A stretch of DNA of 64,000 bases, from the NCBI GenBank assembly GCA_001662655.1, contig KV460207.1; one strand, written 5' to 3'. This DNA comes from Pseudogymnoascus verrucosus. Its lineage: Eukaryota. The stretch's first letter is position 1. The number at the start of each line of letters is the position of its first letter. Of the stretch, positions 50,950-61,429 are shown piece after piece. The notes under the pieces are model-generated. The model was not told the DNA's origin and did no database searches. It worked only from the letters and a program-made list of their open reading frames with translations. Position numbers and translations under genes: made by a program.

Positions 50950-52660
50950 TGGATAGTGAGAAATGAAAAGATGGCAAGAATGAGAAGGGACAGCGAGAAA
51001 GAAACGCGGAGGGTGAGAAAGGGGGGATGTTGAGACAGGGGGGGTGGTGAGAATAGTAAGGGGCGGTGAGAAGGGGGCACTGAGAAAGGGAAGGGGAGCT
51101 CAGAAATGGGTAATCGGCTGAAGATGATATAACATATAGTAGCCTAGGAATTAGATGGCAGTGTAAGTTTTACCTAGACCCATTCCGTCTACAAGCATAC
51201 CGCCTCCGGCTGTCAACTTCACAAGCGTCGAAGTAGCCTCTTTTATATCGTCCAAAACATCATCTAGAAGAATAATGCAAATAAAAATCCCAATTTCCGA
51301 GCTTTGTTGTACTTTCTGACAAAGATGTGCTTGCTAGGTATGTACACCTATTATAGTAAGAATTGTAAAGGAGGGGGATTCCCATACATTACGTTTTATA
51401 TAATGCGAACAAGTCTCAATAGTGATGGGGCAAAGGATATGTCACTGTGAATATATTGGGCGCAGCGGCCTAGCAATCTATGAAAATGTTTTGCCGTTCT
51501 CGTCCACACACAAACGCTCGCATAGGCCCTAGCGACTAAAGATCTTTGCATACCTCAACTCATCTCAATAGACTTGACGTTGCCCTTGGGGAAGGTTGGT
51601 ATAACCGGCCATGCAATGGATATGAGGAGGCTATGGGAAAGTGGCTTCAATGCCTTTGATTTTGCGGACCTAGTCTGTCACGATGGGAACCCCGGGTATT
51701 TCGCCACTAACCAGCCGTGCTTGGAATTCTTATTGTACGGTTTGCCAAAGGTTAAGTACAGTGGTGAGAAAAGGAATTGAGAAAGTAGTGAGAAAATTGG
51801 GTGGGGGGTGAGAACAGAAAAGGGCGGTGAGAAAGAAGCGGGGTGGTGAGAGAAGGGTAGTGAGAACGGAAGTACGCGCAACGAAAAAGGGGTAAAGTTC
51901 GCAGCAATCCGTGTTGCGAGCAGGGAACTGGGTTTGCAAACACACGCCTGTGACCTTCATCGAGAATTGCTACTTTGGAGAAACCCTAGCACGAAGACGT
52001 GCATACCTCTTCGTGAATTTTTATAGGATGAGCACAACAAGATTCCCCGCAGCTGTAAAACTATGGGGCCTTGGCCCTATATTAGATGCTCTCATTAACC
52101 AAAGGTGATGGGACAGCCCAGCCATCGAGACAGTGGCACGTTGCCATTGGATGGGACTGCGGACAAGAAAGGAGTCGATGGATGGATTATGCTATAAAGG
52201 AAACGATCAATGAACTACTGTATGGAGGCCTTCTAAAAATTTCAAAAATTCAAGATCGAATTTATGGCTATAAATTCTTCTTTGCCAACCTGGGCTCTGA
52301 AGAACGGCCGAACATGGATCACGGGGAGGTTCTATCCGAGGCGTTCTTTGATGGTATTATATATCATGCTGTAGGTTTGTGCAGCAACAGTGAGAAAGAG
52401 GACGACAAAGGAGGTCGTGGGTATGTAGTAAAGAATAACATGTAGCATGAGTAGTGGTGAGAAAGGAGAGGGGTGGNNNNNNNNNNNNNNNNNNNNNNNN
52501 NNNNNNNNNNNNNNNNNNNNNNNNNGGAGAGGGGTGGTGAGAAAGGAGGGGGGTGGCGAGAAAGGTGCGGGGTGGTGAGAAAGGAGAAAGATGGTGAGAA
52601 AGGAGAGGGGTGGTGGAAAAGGCAGGGGGTGGTGAGAATGGGGAATGGCAAGAGGGAGGG
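50950..52660. repeat. Three dispersed arrays of a GGTGGTGAGAAAGG-type minisatellite (about 50950-51100, 51760-51865, 52450-52660); the last contains an N gap at 52477-52525
   Basis: Recurrent [GA]GTGAGAA core with about 19-bp spacing. Confidence 0.8.
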
Positions 52661-52945
52661 CCGATGATGCATGGTTTACTAGGAGCGATCTATTACTACG
52701 TACTGCCAGTATGCCGACCCTGTAAGTGTCTTCATGAGCATGAATATTGCTCCAGTTAATTGTGACTCGAGGAACTCAATTTTTCATCTGAAAACTGAGC
52801 TGAGGGGGGATTATATTTACTGTGCTCGGCACAGTGAATGCATGAGATTAGTCAGAGTTATGGGTAGAGAAACTTTGAACTGCAGAGATTATGTTTTGTT
52901 ATGTTTTGTAATTATATTGGGCGTATATGTCATCTATCATCCAAC

Positions 52946-53284
52946 CTAAGCATTCCTCGTCTGTCCAGCAACGCCCTGGGCAGCCTGCTGCCCCTGTCCC
53001 ACTGCACCTTGAGCAGCCTGTCCCCCCTGTCCCGCTGCGCCCTGGGCTGCCTGGCCGCCCTGTCCGGTTGCTCCTCCTACAAGCCCACCAACTGTGTTCG
53101 TTGCTCCACCAGCGATGTTCCCAACACCCCTCGTGGTCTGTCCGACGGCCTGTCCTGCGCCATCGACTGTCTGCCCAACGGCGCCTGTTACACTGCCGAG
53201 AAGTCCACCCTTTCCTTGTGCCTCGTCACCACCGGTAAGGGTGTTGTCAAGCGAGTTGGTAAGGTTTCCTAGGAGTCCAGCCAT
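52946..53284 (-). CDS. Small Gly/Gln/Ala-rich LEA-like protein (112 aa)
   Basis: ATG in CTCAAAATGG context after an AC-rich leader; repeats GQTVDGAGQAVGQTT and GQGGQAAQGA x3; TTAAAT upstream. Confidence 0.8.
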   Translation of the reverse strand: MAGLLGNLTNSLDNTLTGGDEAQGKGGLLGSVTGAVGQTVDGAGQAVGQTTRGVGNIAGGATNTVGGLVGGATGQGGQAAQGAAGQGGQAAQGAVGQGQQAAQGVAGQTRNA

Positions 53285-54805
53285 TTTGAGTAGTGTTTTG
53301 AGTTTTGAGGTGTTGGTTTGTGGATTGGTTTCGTTTGGTTTGGTTTGTTGTGAGGAAGTGATAGGTATGTTGCGAGTGTTTGTGAGTGATAGTGACTGTT
53401 CTCGTTGATGGAAGGGAGGGGATTTAAGTACCCATTCGGATATTCTATTCCTCCAAGGCGAACCTGGCCGAGCTGAGGGAATGACGAGATATCCAGAATC
53501 TGTCGTCATAACCTCTTCCCATCCCTTCAATATCGAAGTATCTCCATGCTTCTCTACATCATTGTCCAAGCTTCACATCCCAGGAAGTACCCTCACCAGC
53601 CACACCTGGCCATAACCTGACTTGCGTTCGCCCCGCATGTCTCGGCAACACGGCAGCACGAAAGGCGGGATGGCAACCTGCTAATGCGCCGTATGTCCCG
53701 CGTCGACCTTCCCTGGCGGCGAGTCAATGTTGGATATTAGTTGACGATCGGAATGTCAGAGGCGGGGTTTGCGCAGCCACAGAAGGCCTCGCCAACGTTG
53801 TTATACTCTACGGCACAGTGTATGTATGATGTCAAAGTGGAGGGCAGCTGCCTGGCCATGGTTGAAAGGCAGGGAAGGGCGCATATGGTGACACTTGTTG
53901 TTGGCGATCTCCCCATATATCCTCCACATTGTGTGCCTGTCGTGGTTGCACAGCTTGCGTGGCTAACTGACTAGTTGCTTCCGCAGAGTCCTTCTTCAGA
54001 GTCTGGACAAGAAGACATTGCGTCGATCGCGGCACATATCTACGTTCCTCTTTCCGCCCCTTGTAAGTGACTCGTAAACAATATACTTACAGTGTGTAAT
54101 GTATTACTACCTACACCCCCTCATACTAGTATGACGATGCTCAACCAGGGCGAGAGCGATATGTGGGGATTGTTGAAACGCCTCTGTGGGGCAAGCCACA
54201 CAGTTGTGGGGCACCACATGGCAGCGAAGCGAATTACAAGCGTGGTCGTGAAATTAAGGTTCTTAGCGCTTCGGTGCTATTTTGGTTAGCGAACCACTAA
54301 TCAATACTGGGTTTTAGTGGGGCACAGAGTATGTAATAATACAAGAAACCGGTTTCTAGATAGCTAGCAATACGTGGCATCGGGCCAACATTGAGTTATT
54401 GACCCGGATGATTAAGATATTAGATATTTTGTGTGAATATTATGGCGGTACGGTTAACGGGTTGCGCTTTGGTGGGAGAACGCAGAGAGGAAGTTGTTAG
54501 CGATTTGTACTATATTTCAGAGTAGCGAAAATAAAATAAATTTACATGGTAAATTGAATTAATATTTTGTAGTGAGAAATCCCATTACTTTTTTTGCGGA
54601 AGAGGTGAAATATTACTTTGTGAAATTAGGGTATTATTTATTCTTAATCCTCCACAGTAGGAAACAATATATATCGCCGTTACTTGGGATATTTAAATAA
54701 GACATAACTCGGTGCCCATGAGCTCATCCTAATGCCCAGAAAATGCCAATACGATTACAGATGTGCGTAAACTACAGTGCGCCGTTGAAACTCCAGATAT
54801 TATTC

Positions 54806-55772
54806 TCATTCCCTTCGCCGAATTAGCAAATTCATCAGGTCTAGGTCGGCATACAAGAGAAACTCACAAGAAGGTAATCGTCACGTCCCCCTTTATAGCG
54901 GCTTTAAAGAAGACTTCAATCTCAAGATTGATGTCTAACCGTATAGATATCGGCTTCGGCTTTTCTGTCTTCTCCCCTTCTCCGCCCCCTTTCTCGTCCG
55001 CATTCTTTTTCTTGGCCCCCTCCGCCTCTTCTCCCCGATCAATCGATATCCCAATCGGCGGCCCCTCACCCCGTAGCCTTCTGATATTAAACGCACGAAG
55101 ACCTGTATCAGGCGCCTTTCCCTTATTTTCTTGCGTCGAATTATGGTCCTCCGCTACTGCCTTGCCTTTATCGCTCTTCTCAGGCGGTGGGCTTTGACGG
55201 TGTGGTGCCTCTCGTTGCGGCGACGCTGCTTTTCCTTCCGGAGGACCAGCCATCTCCTCTCCCAATCTTCCCACCCTCTCAGACCACGGAACTTGCGCCT
55301 TGGCCACGGCCGCCATACCTCCCTTCTTCTTCTTCCGCCGTTCTCTCTTATAACTGCGCGGTCGCGACGACGACGCGACAGACGCGTTATCCGACATCTC
55401 GCCCGGTTTTGACATCTCCTTCTTTTCTTTCTGCCCATTTACTTGTCCTGCAGGTAAATCTTCGAGCCCGCTCATCCCCTCATCTAGTCTCTCTGACCAC
55501 GGCAAACGCGCCTCTTGCGCCGGCGCCATGCGACTGTTCTTCTTACGACCACCACGACGGTGTCGGCGCGAGGATCCGATGGACGCATCGTCCGAGACTT
55601 CGCCTACGCGTGTCGTTGGCGGGATCGCTTGGTTCTGGGCAGGAAGGGCTGGTTCGTTGATTTTGAGGTTTCGTAGTGCCTGGTCGGGGGTGCCATCGTT
55701 GGCCATACTGGGCGAGTTTCGTGGGCGCCCGGTATTGGATCGTCGGGTTTGAATGGGAGATTGGGAGCTCAT
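54806..55772 (-). CDS. Disordered basic protein with C-terminal amphipathic beta motif (ISIRLDINLEIEVFFKAAIKGDVTITFLE)
   Basis: Long ORF; probable terminal intron 54867-54813 (GTGAGT..CTAAT..AAG) adds E*; internal duplicated SDxASxxSS...PWSER unit; start could be further upstream. Confidence 0.78.
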
Positions 55773-55950
55773 TTGCAGGGGGGTTGTTTGTTGAGTTGGG
55801 AGCGCCAGGCAAGATGGCGTCGTGGGATAGAAAGTTCCGAGGCCAGAATCGATTTTGCGTTTGCGTGATCGACGTGGATCATGGGAGGGCCTTTTTCGCG
55901 TTCTATTCAAGTAGGGGCGTTGTTCCTTGCGGGATGTGGGTCTACGAGCG

Positions 55951-56075
55951 GGTACCTGGTATTTTGCCTCCCTAGATAGCTATGTACATGTTACATGTTA
56001 CATAGCTATCTAGGGAGGCAAAATATACATGTTACATGTTACATAGCTATCTAGGGAGGCAAAATACCAGGTACC
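55951..56075. repeat. Perfect 36-bp inverted repeat with an internal 41-bp tandem duplication
   Basis: 55951-55986 is the reverse complement of 56040-56075; 55985-56025 equals 56026-56066. Confidence 0.92.
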
Positions 56076-56409
56076 ATGGGAGAGAAGAGAGTCTGCATAA
56101 GTCGGCTGCAGTGCGGAAGGCCAGGACAGTAACTCTCGACACATTTTCCATTAACATCTAACTATTGTGATGTCTAGTCCTCGTACATATATGGTTTCGT
56201 GGTGACATCACAATATGCAGCTAGTTTACCCGGGCTCGGCAGAGTGAAACACCGGTACTTTAGCACGATTTGCTTGTAACTATGTAACTAAAAATACAGG
56301 CCCTGATTCCCACCCCCCTCATCGTTGTTGCAATTATTCTCTCCATGAACACCAAACCCAAACCTAAAAATCCCACATCATATATCCTTTCTTCCCCTGT
56401 GATATCATG

Positions 56410-56538
56410 GCCGCGTAACTCTATTACTAAATACCCACAACGCAGGACCGGCAGCTCTCACAGAAGGCCAATCGCCGCGTAGCTCTATTACTTAACACCC
56501 ACAACACAGGACCAGCAGCTCTCACAGAAGGCCAATCG
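56410..56538. repeat. 64-bp tandem duplication covering the end and 3' UTR of the distal terminal exon
   Basis: GCCGCGTA.CTCTATTACT.AA.ACCCACAAC.CAGGACC.GCAGCTCTCACAGAAGGCCAATC occurs twice with a few mismatches. Confidence 0.85.
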
Positions 56539-56586
56539 TCACGTCTCCCTTCACTCTAGCGTAGAGGTCAACCTGAGGCAAAGTTA

Positions 56587-57121
56587 CTACATTAATCCAA
56601 TGGTAACATCTCCCTTCACGCGAGCGTATAAATCTACCTGTGGTGGGAATTAGCCATTGAATTTGAATTCAATGGTAACTAGGGGTTCCTGGGGGTTGGG
56701 GATAGACCTACCTCAACTTCGAGATCCAGCTCGATCTTGATCTTCAAGCTGCTGTCCCGCGTTTCCTTTGACACTGGGCGGTCCTTGATGCGTGACTCTC
56801 GGATTGCGCCTGTTGGCCCGCCCATATTGCCCGTTAGACGCTGCTGATCGTTTGCCGGTATCATCTGTTGGTTTTGGTATTGAGGAGCTGGGGGCTCGTT
56901 CTGGCTGCGGTTTTGGCGCGCTCGTTGCATGGTGCGTTGGCCTTTGGGTTGCGCCGGGACAGGCTGCTGTTGCTGTTGTTGTTGTTGTTGTTGTGGCTCT
57001 TCTTCAGTCTCTGAGTGGACATCGTCACTGGCATAATCGGCGTTTTGCTTTTCGCTTGGGGAGAGACGGTCAGCACAGGTGCGCTGGTGAGAACGAGAGA
57101 ACTTGCTTACTTTTCAGACAT
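56587..57121 (-). CDS. PolyQ disordered protein with C-terminal beta motif SSLKIKIELDLEVE-VDLYARVKGDVTIGLM; alternative terminal exon at 56572-56522
   Basis: Exons 57121-57111, about 57054-56712, 56637-56587 with canonical splice signals; tail paralogous to the neighbouring gene. Confidence 0.85.
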
Positions 57122-57904
57122 TGTGAAGGTTGTGTGGTGATGAGCGAACTAGTATTGAAAAGATATGAATATATGCAAGTTGGTTCGTAAAATCAGATGC
57201 GTATTTTCTATAATGAAGAGAGAGTATTCGAGGGCTTAAAGGAATCCGATTATATATAATAATGTGATACCGCATCTGCCATGGAATTCCCCACGTATAA
57301 CTACTTGCATGAGTAATGACGCTGGTGGTGCGTCGTCAGGGCCTGTGGATCATCAAGATCCCTGCAGCCGTATCCGCCGTTGGCTTGCGAAATCAGGTTC
57401 TCTGCACAAGTCAGGTATTGTGGCTCTGTGGCTGAAGTTTCGGACCTGGTCCGGAGTAACAGACGGGACAGCAACCCACTAGCATATGGGCCACTAAGTG
57501 GTGGAACACGAAATTGCGGAGAGTAGGAGGCTGGACACATATGACGTCGTATTTGCATACTCCGTACAAGGTTCCACTATGTATCTCCATGAAGACCCCG
57601 CGTGAGTCTAGATTGTGAACCGGGATACATGGGAAATACGAATTATCTATTGGCCTTTCCATAATACAAACTCCCATAAGACGCAAGGTTGCATCGTGGT
57701 GATGTCAGAAGGGTGGCCTGTAGAAACAGTGTCAACCTAAAAAAAGATCGTTGCGGCTCAGATTGCAGACTGATCAAGTCTGCGCTCCCACGAATGTAGC
57801 GCGCTACAAGATATACTGAAAATCTGATCGTAACTCACTACTAGCGTTAGTGAGAGCTTAATACTATTACGCACACCTTCTTGTCGCAAAAACGAAAGAG
57901 CGTT

Positions 57905-58760
57905 ATGGTTCTCGGAATTATCACCTCAATAGCTGCGTGTCCCGCCATAATTGGCACGACAGAAGCTATCCGGCAAGGCCAGCGCCAGAATGCGCGTGAG
58001 CAGCATCGCGGGCGAAAATCCAATCTCCTTGTATCCTGCTCCGATCCTTCACGGAAAGCAAGGGATATCAACGGAGGAACCATTGTGCTACGGAACAACA
58101 AAGTAAGGAACCCCATCGCAAGTCTGCAGAAAACCTCAAACGAAGACTGACGAAGGCGCGCTTGGTTAGCTCTATGTCACCACCGTGAGCCCCCGTGGCA
58201 GGGCCGCAAAAGAAAGGAGAGAATACGAAAACGAGAAGGATCCAGGCCGATTAAATGAGCGCGGCCATCTTTTTGCTGGCTATTTCTTTGGATATCCAGA
58301 CACAAAATGGGGCCGCCGAGGGGATGGTCTTGTGTCTACAATCTCCGATGACCCCCCTCAGCTGAACTGGATATATGTGGACAAAGACACATACGAAGTG
58401 AAATATGGCCTACGCGTTCAGGCAGAGGGAAACCTTGTTGGGCCGTGGAACTGCACGCCAATTGATAAACGGTTAACACTGGAAGGGTGGGAAGGGTTTA
58501 CGGTTGTAGAAGAGGAGGAGGATGTATGGGCACTGTATTTTGACAAGGATGATGATGGGCTAGAGGAGAAGGTAGAGCCGAATAGGAGGATTATGGAGAT
58601 TGAGTTGATAAGGAAAGAGATGAGGATAGGGAAGGAGGAAGTGGATATGGCGGAGCAAGAAGAGAAGTTACGGAATGGAAACGAGGTGAAGAACAAAAGG
58701 AAAGGTGGGGAGAACGAAGAGAAGAATGAGAAAGATAAGAACAGTACTCGTGCGGCATAG
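57905..58760 (+). CDS. Hypothetical protein with globular aromatic-rich domain; exons 57905-58102, 58170-58760
   Basis: MVLGIITSIAACPAIIGTTEAIRQGQ..., GHLFAGYFFGYP, GLVSTISDDPPQLNWIYVDKDTYEVKYG, GPWNCT, EGWEGF, WALYFDKDDDGL; phase-0 intron. Confidence 0.85.
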
Positions 58761-58939
58761 AAATCTTAGTAGATACATATTCAAGAATTATGAAGTTTAC
58801 GATTACAACTTGATAGACATCATGAGCTCAGCAACGATGATAAATTAGCAAGATAATAAAAATCACCAACAATAAGAAACTTGCCAGACAACACAAACCG
58901 ACAGACGGTGAGAAACTCGCGATAAAACGGACTACCAAG

Positions 58940-59587
58940 TTCAGAGATTATTAACCTTTGCTATTTCCATAGAGATTGGAAGCCGATGACCTCATATAGG
59001 CGCTGTACATGATACTATTTGCAGGACTGAGCTGAACATGGTTCGAAGCACTGCTTTGCCCTCAGAACGATTATCGACCTGATACTATCTAACCACCCCC
59101 ACACGCCCCCTTACCTAAGAAAACAAGTCTACTTTACCATTATGACATCGGCCCCTTGATCCATGTCTCAGACCCTGCAGAGCCGGATCAACGCCGAAAT
59201 CTTGATTCTGACTCTTAGCTCCCCTATAATTAGGGTATTAACAACAGTGTTACAAGTGTGCAACTCTGTTTACTGAGCTGCGCTCAGTAAATCCAGATAC
59301 GGCACTAGGAAGGTAATATTCATGCATGTCACTATATACCCTGCTATACTGCTATAGTATGTGGCATCCCCGCCACCCCCGCCTCCCACACTTATCTCCA
59401 CACCTCCTTACCCACGCATCCCTGGCGCCGAAATCAAGGAAAACGCCACTTATCTATAGTTCTGAGGGCAAAGCAGTGCTTCGAACCATGTTTAGCTCAG
59501 TGCTGCAAATAGTATCATGTACAGCGCCTATATGAGGTCATCGGCTTCCAATCTCTATGGAAATAGCAAAGGTTAATAATCTCTGAA
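58940..59587. repeat. 129-bp inverted repeat pair flanking a 390-bp spacer (foldback/MITE-like)
   Basis: 58940-59068 is the reverse complement of 59459-59587 with 2 mismatches; no obvious target-site duplication. Confidence 0.9.
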
Positions 59588-59643
59588 GTCGAACACGGGA
59601 GCCATTAGACACTATCAAATACGCGGACAGATATACACACATC

Positions 59644-59982
59644 ATGGACTGGGCAAGGCAGAAGTGTTCCTCTTACTACGATTCCAGCTGGCGCTGGATC
59701 GAAGACACCTATCTCGCCTACTTTGGAGAGAACAGGACGTCGTACGGCATAAAAGGTGAGAACTCCCCAAAGATTTTTGCTTTTGGATTGCTTGGGATGA
59801 AAGAGAGAGTACTAATGAAATTTGTAGAGTCACTGAAGAAGACAGAGGTCACAGGTGATGAAAATATAGATGGGATTCAGCGCGGGGTTGGGGGAGCTGT
59901 GGGAGATGTATTTTCGAGTAAAGGGCCTGCAGGCGTGGTAGGAGATGGTATCGATAAAGGCCTTCTGAGAGGCAACGTCTGA
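59644..59982 (+). CDS. Small (about 88 aa) protein with W/Y-rich N-terminus and Gly-rich LEA-like C-terminus; intron 59756-59827
   Basis: MDWARQKCSSYYDSSWRWIEDTYLAYFGENRTSYGIK-ESLKKTEVTG...GVGGAVGDVF; intron GTGAGA..CTAAT..TAG. Confidence 0.8.
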   Translation: MDWARQKCSSYYDSSWRWIEDTYLAYFGENRTSYGIKGENSPKIFAFGLLGMKERVLMKFVESLKKTEVTGDENIDGIQRGVGGAVGDVFSSKGPAGVVGDGIDKGLLRGNV

Positions 59983-60127
59983 GGGAGCCTGTACATGCAA
60001 GTTGGATATGATAGTAGATTGATAGTTCACCATTTGCTTCGAATTTTCAAATTCATCGTTATTTAATAAGTTACCTACCTTATATCTAGCATGAGGCTAT
60101 AAGAATGAAATACCACCTTATCTCCTC

Positions 60128-61429
60128 CTACTGCTGCGACGCCCCCGGAATCTTGATCGTTACAGTTGTTCCTTCCTTCGTCGTCTGCACATTGATCTCT
60201 ATCCCATTCGCAGTAATCCCAATACCTCCACCCCCGCCGCTCTGAAGCACAGTAGAATTTCCCGCTACACGACTCGAACCCGCTCCCTTCGTATCTCCAT
60301 CGCCATTACGAACATCCACCTGAGAAACATCGAGCGTATCCGTATCGTCTCCAAAGACCGCATCAGGCTTCGCAACGAGATCCTCGAGGAGACCCGGGAC
60401 CTTTTCTCCTGTTGTGCCGCCAGCTACAGGTGTAATCTTCTGTTCCTTGTGTTTACTGCCCTTGGTTGGCTTTGACGCGTTGTTTGTGGAGATAGGAGCA
60501 GGGTTGTTTGCTTCGTCGTTCGTACTTCCTAACGGTGCTGAAAAGCTATCGCTATGCTCATTTTGCATATCCTGTTCCCCATCTGTGACATAACCATGTC
60601 CCCCTTCGCTATGCCCTTCGTAGTCTTCATCTATATCGTCATCGTGGGGTTCGTGTTCCCCATCCCAATCGCTACCTGCTTCATTATGGCCCTCTTCCTC
60701 GCTATATCCAAGCTCGGGCTCTTCTTCATTGCCTGATTCTTCGTGGTAGTTATTTTTGTTTTCTTCGTCTTCATTATCTTTATGTTCCACTTCATCATGA
60801 TCAGATACAGCCTCATATTCGCGCTCCGGTTCTTGTTCTAGTTCGGGAGGTGGAGGCGCGGGCTTCTTCCTCTTCACCGACTTTGGTGTTTCTCCAAAGT
60901 CGAGATCCAGTGCCTTGAACTTTGGCGTCCGCTTTTCAACATCGTTTTGAAAATGGTTTGGTTCTTGCAGAGGTTGTGGCGCCTGTTTCTTAACCCTTTT
61001 CACTTCACTTTGAGTTCCATCAACGTGGTCCCGCTTTGCAGTCTCAACATCTACCGGCGGCGAAGTTTTTTTCACTTTCTTAACAGCTGTTTTTGCTGCG
61101 TCCCCCTGACCAGAAGTGGCAGCTTTAAATTTGGGAGGCGGTGCGTCAGTTGTAGGCTGGCGTTTTGAGCTTCGGTCAGGGGTTGGAGTCTGAGGGAGCT
61201 GGTCTTCCAATGACTTGGGCGGCTTTGGCCGTGGTGTCTGCGGAGAAACTGCATTATTTGGCGTCGTAGTGTCTGCTTTTACCTTTTGAGATGGAACACG
61301 CCTTTTTACTACATTTCCTGCATCGGGTTGTGTCGAGGTCATCTTCTTTATTGAGTCTGGAGATTTAGGAGTTCCGTTGGCCTTATCGGTAGGCTTGAGC
61401 GGCGTCCGGGGTGCTTTGGGGCTGGACAT
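60128..61429 (-). CDS. Large disordered Pro/Lys-rich then acidic protein with C-terminal beta-hairpin-like tail (GIEINVQTTKEGTTVTIKIP); may extend to 61702
   Basis: Open frame of more than 430 codons with a biased but protein-like composition; start ambiguous (61429 vs 61702). Confidence 0.7.
   Translation of the reverse strand: MSSPKAPRTPLKPTDKANGTPKSPDSIKKMTSTQPDAGNVVKRRVPSQKVKADTTTPNNAVSPQTPRPKPPKSLEDQLPQTPTPDRSSKRQPTTDAPPPKFKAATSGQGDAAKTAVKKVKKTSPPVDVETAKRDHVDGTQSEVKRVKKQAPQPLQEPNHFQNDVEKRTPKFKALDLDFGETPKSVKRKKPAPPPPELEQEPEREYEAVSDHDEVEHKDNEDEENKNNYHEESGNEEEPELGYSEEEGHNEAGSDWDGEHEPHDDDIDEDYEGHSEGGHGYVTDGEQDMQNEHSDSFSAPLGSTNDEANNPAPISTNNASKPTKGSKHKEQKITPVAGGTTGEKVPGLLEDLVAKPDAVFGDDTDTLDVSQVDVRNGDGDTKGAGSSRVAGNSTVLQSGGGGGIGITANGIEINVQTTKEGTTVTIKIPGASQQ

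Noticed and set aside
54806..56760. Homology of KGDVTI tails to gas vesicle GvpA/J/S (GDIxIS)
   Set aside because: Only a 4-5 residue resemblance; the flanking helices and motif order of Gvp proteins are absent.
59269..59308. Hairpin followed by CTAG resembling a Helitron 3' end
   Set aside because: CTAG is followed by G rather than T and no matching 5' end or Rep/helicase is visible.
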